Of a DNA stretch of 64,000 nt, positions 36,732 to 46,845 are shown piece by piece; positions within the stretch are counted from its first letter, which is position 1, and each line of letters starts with the position of its first letter. The notes below the pieces were generated by a model. The model did no database searches. It had not been told where the DNA came from and saw nothing but the letters and a program-made list of their open reading frames with translations. Position numbers and translations under genes: made by a program. The stretch is from a phage. Where the stretch lies: sequence record NC_101835.1; one strand, given 5' to 3'.

Positions 36732-37157
36732 TCAATAATCACGGTATGCCAGCTCCTCTTCCGCAATTTCAAAAAACTCAGTCCAGCACTGTGGCATATT
36801 GGAGTTACCGAAGTGGCTTTCATAGTAAAGGTTCTCACCGCTCGGGAGGTAGAAATCTGTTACCTCGTAGAATCCACAATCGTCGCACTCACCTTCTTCA
36901 AACTTGGCCTCAACCTTAATACCGAGGAAGGTGAAAAGTTTATGGATATCTTCAGTTTCGAACTCCCAGCAAATATTGTTTTCCGCATCGGTATAGAACT
37001 GGATCAGCAGACCATTGTCCAGTTTACCAAAATACTCTGTGAAGTAACTTCCTTCCCAGAAATCTTTATGACAAATAATATCCATGCGTTTGCCCATAAT
37101 AATGGTGTGAGCGTTTTGGGCATCGTCACGAATCAGTTTTGGCATTTCATAGATCAT
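36732..37157 (-). CDS. hypothetical acidic protein
   Basis: Track ORF. Confidence 0.5.
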   Translation of the reverse strand: MIYEMPKLIRDDAQNAHTIIMGKRMDIICHKDFWEGSYFTEYFGKLDNGLLIQFYTDAENNICWEFETEDIHKLFTFLGIKVEAKFEEGECDDCGFYEVTDFYLPSGENLYYESHFGNSNMPQCWTEFFEIAEEELAYRDY

Positions 37158-37225
37158 CTTAGTTCTCCGGGTTCAACAGGTGGTGGTGCTACAGGAAGAT
37201 CATAAAACATGGCTATCACAGTCTC

Positions 37226-37423
37226 TTACACAGGAATTGCTTCAAATAGACCGTTATCTATACCGTCCTTCAGATAGAGATTATATTCTATGTCGGTATC
37301 TGTATAAAGGGCAGCATCCAGCATTCTATCTGTGAGTCCATCCATCGGGTGGAGAAACCACCACCCACGCCAGTCAAAGTAACAGCCTGGTGCATCTTCT
37401 CTTACACGGATTCGATAAATCAT
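37226..37423 (-). CDS. hypothetical protein
   Basis: Track ORF. Confidence 0.45.
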   Translation of the reverse strand: MIYRIRVREDAPGCYFDWRGWWFLHPMDGLTDRMLDAALYTDTDIEYNLYLKDGIDNGLFEAIPV

Positions 37424-37519
37424 GGGCAGTGGCCTCCTGTTAGTTATACATCCCAGTTTTCTTCGTTCATCACGTCCTCCCGTTTTATGAAGTTATAATT
37501 GCACACCTTTCAACCTGTG

Positions 37520-37936
37520 TCAACAGAAAACTTCAACAAATTCTTCCACAGTTTTAATGTCATGGGAAAAAGGTTTACGGCTATAACGGGCAATAGCACT
37601 ATCAACCACCGCCCGATACTCAAGATCTTCAGAATATTTCATGAAGCATTGCAGCGTCTCTGGGCAGATAGCTAAATAGCTCCACCACCCTTCTTCAGAT
37701 TGGTAGTCGAATCCCATACTCTCCAACCATGAAGCATATACTCCAGCACCCTCAAGCCAGTGAGTATTTTCATCCAGAAACTTGTTAACAGACATGTGAG
37801 CTTCTAAGCACTTGTCCAGCTCTTTTCCGTTAACCAGCCACGCACTAACTGTGGCGCATCCAAGGTCTACAGATTGAGTTGACAGGTTGTATTGGTCATA
37901 GTTCTCAGGTTTAACAATGATATCTTCTAATGTCAT
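37520..37936 (-). CDS. hypothetical protein
   Basis: Track ORF. Confidence 0.5.
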   Translation of the reverse strand: MTLEDIIVKPENYDQYNLSTQSVDLGCATVSAWLVNGKELDKCLEAHMSVNKFLDENTHWLEGAGVYASWLESMGFDYQSEEGWWSYLAICPETLQCFMKYSEDLEYRAVVDSAIARYSRKPFSHDIKTVEEFVEVFC

Positions 37937-37998
37937 TTTTCAGATCTCCTTATACAAAAATGCCCCACCCTTTCGGGCAGGGCTATGTCAGTTAGGTG

Positions 37999-38577
37999 CT
38001 AAAAGTATTCATAGAGGTATCCATCGGGAGCTGGAATTTTTTCATGAATGTAGTAACCAACATATATTCCGGTTTCTCTGCTGCAAGAGTTGTGGGATAC
38101 CCATTCTTTAAGAACGTTGCCATTCATGTCCAACCTCCTTACATTTTTGCACCGTCTACCGCTGGTGCTTCTATGTAACAGAATATCCTCTGTCTGCTTG
38201 TCTTTATTTTCTCCCCAAGTCGTTAAACGGATATTATCAAAAGAGTATCCTTTGAAATCGTCTATCCTGTCACAAGAAGGCTTTTTCCTTTTGTCGTATC
38301 CGCTGGCTACCCATTGGTCATACAACTCTTTGTAACCGTTTAGGTATAGCCACTCTTTAAACTCTTTTTTGGTGTAAGTCGGAGGAGGGTGACCTCTTTG
38401 CTTGCTGTTGCACTTTTGAGTCTTGTACAACACACGTATTACACCTTTTTCTGAAGAGTCTTTAGCAAATTGGTCAGCCTCCCTGCTGGCCTTCTTACAG
38501 CACTCTTTGCACGTTGATTTGTTGCTGGTGTAGAAGTCGGAGGCCTCCTTGTCCTCCCCACAACGTTTGCATTTCAT
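37999..38577 (-). CDS. zinc-ribbon plus HNH-like protein with substituted catalytic His
   Basis: N-terminal CKRCG...CKEC; CDRIDDFKGYSFDNIRLTTWGEN follows the HNH_3 pattern with H replaced by R. Confidence 0.35.
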   Translation of the reverse strand: MKCKRCGEDKEASDFYTSNKSTCKECCKKASREADQFAKDSSEKGVIRVLYKTQKCNSKQRGHPPPTYTKKEFKEWLYLNGYKELYDQWVASGYDKRKKPSCDRIDDFKGYSFDNIRLTTWGENKDKQTEDILLHRSTSGRRCKNVRRLDMNGNVLKEWVSHNSCSRETGIYVGYYIHEKIPAPDGYLYEYF

Positions 38578-38585
38578 AACTGACC

Positions 38586-39812
38586 TCAGAAAGGGATCGA
38601 GTCATCAAAGGCGTACTGTGCTGGATTCTGATCCATCGGGTCATCTTCCTCATCATTTACAGGAGGAGCGTCTACAGTGTTTTGCTGTGGAGCTGCTTCC
38701 TGTTTGGCAGCCTGAGGTTCTTGATGGTCAGTTGACCCAGCACCGTTCTTGATCCAATCGTACAACGGCTCAGCCAGATTAGTCAAGACATCTTTTGCTT
38801 CTGCAGTAATTGCCACTGCAAAATCATCAACTTTCGTTTTCTTGTCAATACGGCGACAAGCGTTCAACACCGCATTACCGACACTGGCACCTACTTCATC
38901 TTCAGTTCGGTTGGTGGCTTGAGCATACTCTTTCTTAAGCTCAATAGTGACTACGTGTAGTGTTTTAGCCACTCCTAATGGGTCGTCTACCTTAAACCCG
39001 CGATCCAGGATGATCTGCAACGCATTGATGCTATGCCCCGTTTCCACACCGATAGGGTCGTAAGAGGATTTACGCTTGCCACCGGAGCCTTGAGTGCCGT
39101 TCTCTGCCTTAGGAGGATAGGCCTTGAAACCACTGATAATGTTTCCAGTGTCTTTGTCAACAATGGCTGCAACACGACCACCTACCACCAGGTCTTTAAG
39201 CTGCTCATCAGTGACAACCATAGCACCTTCGCCAATCTTGTGGTCATTAACAGTAACCACGTTGCCAACAATCTGAGTCACATCACCATAGATGCGTAAA
39301 ACGTCCTGATTGGCATTCTGCTGAGGTTTCTGCTTCTGGCCTTGTGATTGTGCACCTTGTTGCTGTTTTTGCTGCTGAGTCGCTGCTGGAGCCTCTCCTG
39401 CACCCAGCTTGACCATCTTAGCCAGTGAGCCTTTGTAATAGGTCTTACCGTTATGCTCGTTTGCCTTCAAAGGGATATTTACGATCCATCCTGGCGTTAC
39501 GGTTTCCCACTTGTCATCAATTTTAACAGAGACAGAGTCTTGATGACCCGGTTTAAGCAACTTATCGCCCATACTGATCCAAACTTCTTCACCACCTTGA
39601 AGCAGGTTATCAGAGGAATCCAGTTCAGAAATCAGTAAAGAGATGGTGTGGCTGGATTCAATTTTCTTACCTTGCCACACAGTGGTTTTAATACCTGTTG
39701 TAGGATCAGCACCTTTGATAGGCTTGATGCTGACACGTTTAATCATGCCGTGAGCCAGTAAAACAGTTTCACGCGGATTCATCGGGTTAGCGAATTGTTG
39801 AATAACGCTCAT
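38586..39812 (-). CDS. putative ssDNA-binding protein with host-SSB-like C-terminal tip
   Basis: Gln-rich linker, acidic tail ending AFDDSIPF (cf. bacterial SSB DDDIPF); sits at the head of the replication module. Confidence 0.4.
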   Translation of the reverse strand: MSVIQQFANPMNPRETVLLAHGMIKRVSIKPIKGADPTTGIKTTVWQGKKIESSHTISLLISELDSSDNLLQGGEEVWISMGDKLLKPGHQDSVSVKIDDKWETVTPGWIVNIPLKANEHNGKTYYKGSLAKMVKLGAGEAPAATQQQKQQQGAQSQGQKQKPQQNANQDVLRIYGDVTQIVGNVVTVNDHKIGEGAMVVTDEQLKDLVVGGRVAAIVDKDTGNIISGFKAYPPKAENGTQGSGGKRKSSYDPIGVETGHSINALQIILDRGFKVDDPLGVAKTLHVVTIELKKEYAQATNRTEDEVGASVGNAVLNACRRIDKKTKVDDFAVAITAEAKDVLTNLAEPLYDWIKNGAGSTDHQEPQAAKQEAAPQQNTVDAPPVNDEEDDPMDQNPAQYAFDDSIPF

Positions 39813-40177
39813 TATTTGTCTCCTTGTTCTTCGTTAGTGTTTGCCGTGTGTGCAAACCCTGCTTGAATTAATTTGTCCTGAACTTGAGCCAACAGGCCCA
39901 TTGCAAAACTTGTAGTCCCAGAGAGGGCCATTAGCATATCTCGTTGTTGAGCTACCCAACCTAAGGCATAGTCCAAACGACGATATTTTTCTTCTTCACG
40001 CAGAGCCTGAAATAATTGTTCAGCCTCCGGTTGTTGTGTGAGCTCCTGAAGTCTTCCCATGAAAGAAGAAAGCACTAGCAGAAGAGACACTTGATCTTTA
40101 CTTAACCCTAAGAAAAATTCTTGAGGTTGTTCTTGCTCGTTCATCGCAACCGACGCTTGATCGTTCATTTGTTCCAT
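39812..40177 (-). CDS. hypothetical protein
   Basis: Track ORF. Confidence 0.5.
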   Translation of the reverse strand: MEQMNDQASVAMNEQEQPQEFFLGLSKDQVSLLLVLSSFMGRLQELTQQPEAEQLFQALREEEKYRRLDYALGWVAQQRDMLMALSGTTSFAMGLLAQVQDKLIQAGFAHTANTNEEQGDK

Positions 40178-40260
40178 TATGGAATCTCCGATTTTATTTG
40201 AACAACATAGAAGGAGACACTATTTTAGCATCCCCTTCTGTAAATTACAATAGGTATTTG

Positions 40261-40506
40261 TTAGCCAATCACTTCGAAAGTTCCCCAATTCCCGTCCAGC
40301 AGGCAGGTGATCGGATCTCCATCGTCGTCAAAGATTTCAAAGTTTTCAGCATCCAGGATGTGGCCCTCGAACACAATACTCTCGTCGCCACCACCAGAAA
40401 TAACAGCGTATTCCTTACCTTGAGTCAAGTTTTGACACCCTTTGCCACCAAAACCTACTTCCACACAACGTACTTTCTGTCCTGCGCGAGCAACTACTTC
40501 AGCCAT
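40261..40506 (-). CDS. hypothetical protein
   Basis: Track ORF. Confidence 0.5.
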   Translation of the reverse strand: MAEVVARAGQKVRCVEVGFGGKGCQNLTQGKEYAVISGGGDESIVFEGHILDAENFEIFDDDGDPITCLLDGNWGTFEVIG

Positions 40507-40523
40507 CTTAAGGTCTCCTGATA

Positions 40524-40844
40524 TTAATCGTCAAGTTCAAAATAGATTTTAACAGCTTCATCAAAGATTGGAATCCCGACGTTGTTGATAAGCTGCCAAA
40601 CTACCATATCTTTACCTGGATCTGGGAGAATGTCAACCTTTCTCCATGCGCTGTATATCCAGTTCGGACCACCTTCTGCACTAACTGGCAGATTTTCACC
40701 AGCTTCCTGTAGATACTTATACAGCAAAAGATATTCTGGATACTCTAGAACACTGTCCTCTGTAGTATATAGCAGTTCACGGTATACTTTTAAGAACCCT
40801 GCTGGGGTAATGTTTTCAGTCTTCATTTGCCGCTTCTCCTGCAT
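40524..40844 (-). CDS. hypothetical protein
   Basis: Track ORF. Confidence 0.5.
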   Translation of the reverse strand: MQEKRQMKTENITPAGFLKVYRELLYTTEDSVLEYPEYLLLYKYLQEAGENLPVSAEGGPNWIYSAWRKVDILPDPGKDMVVWQLINNVGIPIFDEAVKIYFELDD

Positions 40845-41205
40845 TCATCAGGTCTGCCATAGCGTCACCCACGAAGAGAACAACCACATCGTTGACAGCG
40901 TCAGCATCATCTTTGTTGACGTTGCTGAATTTAGGACACACAGCAATGATCATATAGACACCGTTACCAACCTGGACTGTCCGTGTGGTGCACATCATGG
41001 CGGTATTTGTGCCTTCTTTGAAGGCGAAGCCTTGAAGACGCTCCTCTAAAGTGTTACCGGTAGACTTCAGAAGCGCCAGCTCGTCCAAGGCATAGATGAT
41101 ATCTCCGGAAGTTAGTGTTGCCTTGCCATCAGACACCATAATCACTCCATCAGTACCGTCAAGCTTAGAGGCTTCAAAGATATCAATATCCCAAATATTT
41201 TTCAT
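40816..41205 (-). CDS. hypothetical acidic protein
   Basis: Track ORF. Confidence 0.5.
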   Translation of the reverse strand: MKNIWDIDIFEASKLDGTDGVIMVSDGKATLTSGDIIYALDELALLKSTGNTLEERLQGFAFKEGTNTAMMCTTRTVQVGNGVYMIIAVCPKFSNVNKDDADAVNDVVVLFVGDAMADLMNAGEAANED

Positions 41206-41537
41206 TACGCTTCCTCGTCGTCTAAGTAATCATCAAGAGAGGCGAAGATTTCACCGAAGTATTCTAAGATTTCTAGCTCACGTGTGGTGCAGCAAACATA
41301 ATCGCCTTGGTCGTCCTTAATAGTGGCCTCTTTACCCAGAATATCTACTTCAAGTTCATCGTTCAACAGGACGGCCCCTGTGTAAACTTTGTCAGCTGTG
41401 CAGTCCCGAAAAGCAGAGTCCTTCTCCAGATAGTCTGGCTTAACCTTGGCTTTAATTCGTTGGTATTGTTTGGTCATTGCTGTGGTCCCCTTTCGTTTTG
41501 ATAGGGCCATTATATTAGGCCCTATCACTGTTGTCAA
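41205..41537 (-). CDS. hypothetical protein (tandem paralog of 41541-41795)
   Basis: Shared KP(D/E)..A(F)(K/R)DCT...KDD(Q/E)GD..(C)T motifs. Confidence 0.5.
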   Translation of the reverse strand: MTTVIGPNIMALSKRKGTTAMTKQYQRIKAKVKPDYLEKDSAFRDCTADKVYTGAVLLNDELEVDILGKEATIKDDQGDYVCCTTRELEILEYFGEIFASLDDYLDDEEA

Positions 41538-41540
41538 GTA

Positions 41541-41795
41541 TTAATGTTCAGGTTTTACAAAAACGACTTCATTAACAGTGCACCAGACAGAGTCTCCTTC
41601 ATCATCTTTAAAGGTAAGGCACTGTGCTGAGTTTTCCAGCTCATCGATCTCTTCTTGTGATAAAGGGGCCCCTTCTTCCAGAAGGGCTTTTACCAGAGGG
41701 TTCTCACAAAACTCTGCTTCATAAATTGCACCGACTGTGCAATCTTTAAAAGCTCGGTCATTTGCAACGCATTCTGGCTTCAAAGTAATTTTCAT
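41541..41795 (-). CDS. hypothetical protein (tandem paralog)
   Basis: See 41205-41537. Confidence 0.5.
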   Translation of the reverse strand: MKITLKPECVANDRAFKDCTVGAIYEAEFCENPLVKALLEEGAPLSQEEIDELENSAQCLTFKDDEGDSVWCTVNEVVFVKPEH

Positions 41796-41871
41796 CTTGG
41801 CAGTCTCCTCAGTTATTTAAAAATCAACGCTCTGTTTGTGTGAAGCATCTTATATCTAATCTTACTTCTTG

Positions 41872-42270
41872 TCAATGGCTATTTTCAATCAGCCACACAG
41901 GGTCGAGGTAAATTTGTTGGCGTGTTGCCCAATGACAAACTTCATTGTACATCTGAATCTCTTTGTCTGTCAATTCACGAATAGGCTCATCTATACCCTC
42001 ATTTTTGTGGTAATCCCAGTCGGCATCGATTTCCCACAGCCATGACTTGTTGTCACCACGCTTACGCACACAGAAGTCACCAGGACGGCCTGCCAATGCA
42101 TTTAAGAACTCGTTCTCCGCTCGCTCTTGGAGAATACTAAGGAGCAAAACGTTAGAACATGACCGTAGAATATGCTTCAGCTCACAATCATCAATCTCAA
42201 CTTCAATACGTTGTTTGACTGTGTGGGTACCTTTTACTAACATCCTACCTCCTCTAAACGAACTCTGCAA
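41872..42270 (-). CDS. hypothetical protein
   Basis: Track ORF. Confidence 0.5.
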   Translation of the reverse strand: MQSSFRGGRMLVKGTHTVKQRIEVEIDDCELKHILRSCSNVLLLSILQERAENEFLNALAGRPGDFCVRKRGDNKSWLWEIDADWDYHKNEGIDEPIRELTDKEIQMYNEVCHWATRQQIYLDPVWLIENSH

Positions 42271-42448
42271 GGGTTGTGTTGTTCACTGCACCGCAGTAAA
42301 TGGAGTATCCCAGCCCATTAGAGTGCAGAAACCACGGCGTGCCGAAATTATCTTTCACGTAGACATCGCCGTTGCTTGTAAAGGGCCAATATTCTTCACC
42401 AAGGGTGAAATACCTACTCATACCCTCAGCCAGATACTTTACTTTCAT
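42254..42448 (-). CDS. small protein, G..W(F/Y)L family
   Basis: KDNFGTPWFLHSNGLGYSIYCGAV; related to the next two ORFs. Confidence 0.5.
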   Translation of the reverse strand: MKVKYLAEGMSRYFTLGEEYWPFTSNGDVYVKDNFGTPWFLHSNGLGYSIYCGAVNNTTLAEFV

Positions 42449-42672
42449 AGGCCCTCTTCAACAGCTACAAACTTGGCAAGCAGGGTGGTTCCGTAGATAT
42501 GATACTCACCGTTTGCCAGATGGGAGATAAACCAGGAAATCCCTTCCTCGTCTTTAATCATCTTGTTTGCACGATTTTTATCGTAATAAACCTCGTAGGT
42601 CTTTCCTTCTTTAAAGAATGACAGGTCTGTCATCTTTTCTTCTACAAAAGTAGCTTTAACCAAAGTTGTCAT
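42445..42672 (-). CDS. small protein, G..W(F/Y)L family
   Basis: KDEEGISWFISHLANGEYHIYG. Confidence 0.5.
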   Translation of the reverse strand: MTTLVKATFVEEKMTDLSFFKEGKTYEVYYDKNRANKMIKDEEGISWFISHLANGEYHIYGTTLLAKFVAVEEGL

Positions 42673-42986
42673 TGATCGGTCTCCTTCTTGTTAAGTCTGA
42701 ATACTGCAATAATAGCATTCCCAAGGTGCAGTGTCAAATCATTTCCAAGATACCACAACATTCCACGGTCATCTTTAATGAAAGGGTAACAATCTGGTGC
42801 CTTCCAGACATTGTACACTTTCCCAACCTGAAAGAAATCAGGCCCTGTTGGGATTTTGGTGCCAGGCCACACTTGGGATGCCTGAACACACTCCACCTGC
42901 ATAATAACAGGGATAGTCATAGATGTAAATGTTTTTGTTGGTTCTACTACCATAAAAGTCTCCTCTTTGCTCAACAACACTTCCAT
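42669..42986 (-). CDS. small protein, G..W(F/Y)L family
   Basis: KDDRGMLWYLGNDLTLHLGNAII; internal start MEVLLSKEE chosen to clear the polymerase exon. Confidence 0.45.
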   Translation of the reverse strand: MEVLLSKEETFMVVEPTKTFTSMTIPVIMQVECVQASQVWPGTKIPTGPDFFQVGKVYNVWKAPDCYPFIKDDRGMLWYLGNDLTLHLGNAIIAVFRLNKKETDQ

Positions 42987-43002
42987 GTGTTGATAGTTTA
43001 CA

Positions 43003-43356
43003 TTAGTGACAATCACCCCAATTACGACCACACAAGTATTCACCTGTGATCTGGAACGGGACTCCCATCATTTTAGAAGCTTGCCAGAAGCAATGTACCA
43101 CCATTTCGCCCACAGGACTCCAGATAAGTTCAAGCTTTCCGTCATCGTTCAAGATAGGATCGTACACCGTGTTTCCGTTTCTGTCAACCACTTCGTTTCC
43201 GTTTTCATCCTTGCGTGCCTTTTTGTACTTATGACCGTCGAACACATGAAGTTTGGCCTCCTGCTCTGCCTTAAATGCTTCCAATTCTTCAATTGTGTCG
43301 AAGGTGTACACAGTCTTATACTTAGGTGTGTCAGGGACCTGAAGTTGGTACTCATC
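43003..43356 (-). CDS. DNA polymerase A, exon 2 (motif C to C-terminus)
   Basis: Begins DEYQLQV (motif C acidic pair after splicing to ...YYH), ends GRNWGDCH as in T7/Pol I C-termini. Confidence 0.7.
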   Translation of the reverse strand, partial: DEYQLQVPDTPKYKTVYTFDTIEELEAFKAEQEAKLHVFDGHKYKKARKDENGNEVVDRNGNTVYDPILNDDGKLELIWSPVGEMVVHCFWQASKMMGVPFQITGEYLCGRNWGDCH

Positions 43357-43632
43357 CAATAGTTCAGGTAGGTCGTTAAGCTACCCCGCACCATTACGTG
43401 CATAGCCATACGTTTTCACGTAGGATCGGACCATCTCATATTCCTATGATAAGCAACCACAGGAATCCTCCCATTTCGACCGCACTTGCTGGTCTACTTC
43501 CTTTCGGAATGGCCTCTGAGCGTTCGCTCTTTTGAGCGCTTCGTTGCGGATTACCTTGCCATAAGGTTTAGGCTTCCCGCAGTTAAAGAGGTTATTCGAC
43601 ATAGATTACTCTATGAAGCCACAATGTTATTT
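43357..43632 (-). mobile_element. group I intron in DNA polymerase gene, no ORF
   Basis: Exon 1 ends on U after ...IIYYH, intron ends on G before DE; splicing rebuilds the YYH|DE motif; 276 nt. Confidence 0.6.
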
Positions 43633-46056
43633 ATGGTAATAAATAATACGACGAACACCTTCATCGTACCACCCACGCTTCACCATTTGGTGGTGCATAA
43701 GTATCCCAACCAAGTCACACAGCGATGCACCACCATTCTGTTGATATGCATTAAGTAAAGAGTGTTTAGATCGGGTCCAGATGGCATGACCATCAAAAGA
43801 GTAGATAAACTTCTTACCCGTTGCTTCCCAGAATTTCTCCAGATCCTCTTTACGGCCCTTAAGACCAGGGTTGGCATCCCAAAGCGCATCGATTACCCTT
43901 TGTCCCAACTCTGGAGAGATGTCCAGCATATCTGCAACTTTATCTTTTTGTGCCCCGTACATAACCCCATACGTGATAGGTTTACCGTCGTTACGGGACA
44001 CCTCTCTACCTGCTACTTTTGTATATGCCTCAGCATTGTTTTGGTGTGCGTCCCCGTTACTTACAACATCGTAATACAGGCCGTTGTCGAACTCAAAGGC
44101 ACCCCAAGCCCCGATAAGCTGCTCTAAGTTGGACCCGTCAATACCGATCTCAAAGTATCCCGGAGGAACACCCCACAGACTACGCATCTCTTTACCCATA
44201 ACCACTTTAGGAGATGGTTTAGGCATGTTTGCACAAATACTGTGTTTCTGTCTGGAAGTGTTTGTTAATCCAGAGCTTTTAGCAGGAAGCTTATGGTCAA
44301 TCTTCAAACGTGGGTGATTAAGAAGACCAGTGTCAACCTTATCCTCCTTGATTGGATCAAGTACCGATCTGCGGTTTCGCAATGATAACCATAAGACGAT
44401 ATCTTTAGCCATCTCTCCGTTCAATTTTTCAAGATTCGGACACAGGTGTCCAAACGTATCTTTCAGTTGCGGAGAAGTAATAAGTGCCCTAGCTTTTCTA
44501 CGTATTTTCCCGAATACTTCCTTTTTAATCCTTTCGGAGTTAGGAAAGCTTCGGAACTTGTGCACTGTTGTCTGAAACTTAGCATCAGTTTTGTTCCAGA
44601 AGTTGATAATTAGGTCACAATACTCTGACTCTAAAAGCTCGTCCATGTATGCATATACTCGTGCATCAACATCTGCATCAGGTAGAGCTTTCTTCTTGCT
44701 GTCTTTAGTTACATCCTTAGTTCTCCACATTGTCGGAAGCCAACCAGCACTGATCAGGTATCGCTTAATGTCGTCCTGATTGCTGATTTTCATAGGTATC
44801 TTGCAGTCAGGCATTCGCTTCTGCTGCAGATCGCTTATTGCCTGATCCATCAGCTCTTTAGGCAAAGGTTGTGGTGTGGAGGTGCCCTTAATATAACCTC
44901 TCAAGAAATCAGCCATCTTGTCGGGGTCTTTGCAGCCCATCTCTTCACACCATTTTATCCCCATCTTACTGACATCTCCTGTGGAGGTAAATGCTCTCTT
45001 AGGCGGGGCTTTGAACTCTAGAGCGCTCATGTCTACAGGATAGCCAAGCTTATCTTTTAACCATTTCCAACCATTATTAGAGATTGTCCCGTCTTGGTTA
45101 AACGGCTTTTCAGGGAACTTGGGCCGCTGAGACATTGACAGCTCTTTTAAAGGCAGTTGTGGTTCAACACGATCAGCGATTTCTTTCATCCACGCATCGC
45201 AACGGTCACGTAAAGCAATAGCTCCATCTATGTCGAAGTATACACCCTGACGGGCCTGCAGCTCCATCAGGAAGTGCTGCAGCATGCCTCGACGTAATGC
45301 GTTCTTCCAGGTGATCTTCTTGAACCCTTTCGGCTTCTCTTTGGCAGGATCGTACATAAAGTTCTGCATGTCAGATTTGCCGTAGAATACACCTTTTGAT
45401 TCCGCTACCAGTTCTTTCCAGAGCAGCTCCTGGATGATAACGTCCTCAAATACACGATCCACATACTTCCACAACGGAAGATCGCGCCAGTCATCAATTT
45501 GAACTTTCTGGTTACCAAGGGCATAGCCCCATGCCATAAGGCCGTGGGGACCAACAGGCTGCATTTTCTTAGTAACCGGGTTGAATACAGCGTCCGGACA
45601 ACCTTTTGGTAAAGGGCGATCAGGCCACAAGATTCGGCTCATCGCCAACGTATCAAACAGGTTAACCTGGTGGTCGTTGATAGTCCCCATGCATTTAGGA
45701 TCACGGAACATATCAAAATGAATACCGGATAATCTTTCCATCAGCATAAAGTCATAACTGTAGCAGTTATGGCAGTTCAAAGCTGTTGGTGACCAGTCGG
45801 AATTGCCTGTAAGCCAACCTTCCAACTCCGAAAAATCTGCTATGCGAACTTCAAAACCTTTATAAAGAGTTTTCTTTGCCAGAATGAAGTTCTTAGCCTT
45901 TTCTATATCCTCCTCGGAGTAGTGTGTGCGGTCATTTAGAGGAAGGAACAGCATAAAACGGTTCTTATTCAGCTCTTTAAACAGGCCGCAGTGATAATAA
46001 AGATCTGGATCTTCCAAAAGCCCTGAGGCCTCCAGATCGAAGCACCAATTACTCAT
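43633..46056 (-). CDS. DNA polymerase A, exon 1 (3'-5' exonuclease and polymerase motifs A/B)
   Basis: Exo I FDLEASGL; motif B RNDGKPITYGVMYGAQ; upstream of motif C colinear with T7 gp5. Confidence 0.8.
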
Positions 46057-46787
46057 ACTGTCTCCTCCTGTGTCTTCTCAGCATTCTTTCTTGCAGCTAT
46101 TGCATCGTCCCTGTTCTTGAAATACCCAAGGCATTTCCTTTTACCATCTACATAAATTCTGGCTACCCATCTTTCATGGGTTTTATCCCAATTCACCCCT
46201 GAGCAACCGCTGGTGTTATTATACTGCACGGCTCTTCCACTCTTGTGCGAAAAACCATTATCTTCGAAGAACTTTCTTGCCCACTCTGCCTCTTCAAAAG
46301 TTCTGTACTGGCCTAGCCAGACCCTTTCACCTACAGAGTCTGTGCCTTGAGCTACCCATGCCCCTCTTTCTTCAGAATAGTGCACCCCGACCCTGCCAGA
46401 TTTGTTGTTGCTACGAGGTATCTTGCAACTTTTCTTTTTGTTATCTGTAGGTTCGAGTAGTTGCAAATTTTGAATACTGTTGTCAGCCACACCACCTGTT
46501 TCCCTTATCTCCTTGATGTGGTCAACCTCATACCCTTCCGGTACAGGACCGTTAAACATTTCCCAGATTATAACGTGGGCACCTTTAGTGCAATGCTTTC
46601 CTAGACTAACCACAGGCCTGCCATCAGCATCTTGCCCCTTGTCAGCTCTGGAGCCTGCTGAAGTTTTAACATATCCTACACCGCTGCCTGCCAGAATGTC
46701 TATCTTCCAAAAAAGATTTTGACCGTCATACTCCAATATTTCTGACCACAAGTGATTAGCTACACAGTGATCTCTGAACTCGTTCAT
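46053..46787 (-). CDS. HNH-AP2 homing endonuclease (free-standing)
   Basis: HNH motif HVIIWEMF...EVDHIKEIRETGGVADNSIQNLQLL; two AP2-like repeats (GVHYSEERGAWVAQ, GVNWDKTHERWVARI). Confidence 0.75.
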   Translation of the reverse strand: MNEFRDHCVANHLWSEILEYDGQNLFWKIDILAGSGVGYVKTSAGSRADKGQDADGRPVVSLGKHCTKGAHVIIWEMFNGPVPEGYEVDHIKEIRETGGVADNSIQNLQLLEPTDNKKKSCKIPRSNNKSGRVGVHYSEERGAWVAQGTDSVGERVWLGQYRTFEEAEWARKFFEDNGFSHKSGRAVQYNNTSGCSGVNWDKTHERWVARIYVDGKRKCLGYFKNRDDAIAARKNAEKTQEETV

Positions 46788-46845
46788 AAAGTGTTCTCCT
46801 TAAAGGGGAGGCGGTTGTACTACCCCTCCCACTCTTTGTTAAACA

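Noticed and set aside
43680-44779. Several plus-strand ORFs (61-121 aa) inside the polymerase gene
   Set aside because: Antisense to a well-supported long CDS; typical spurious frames.
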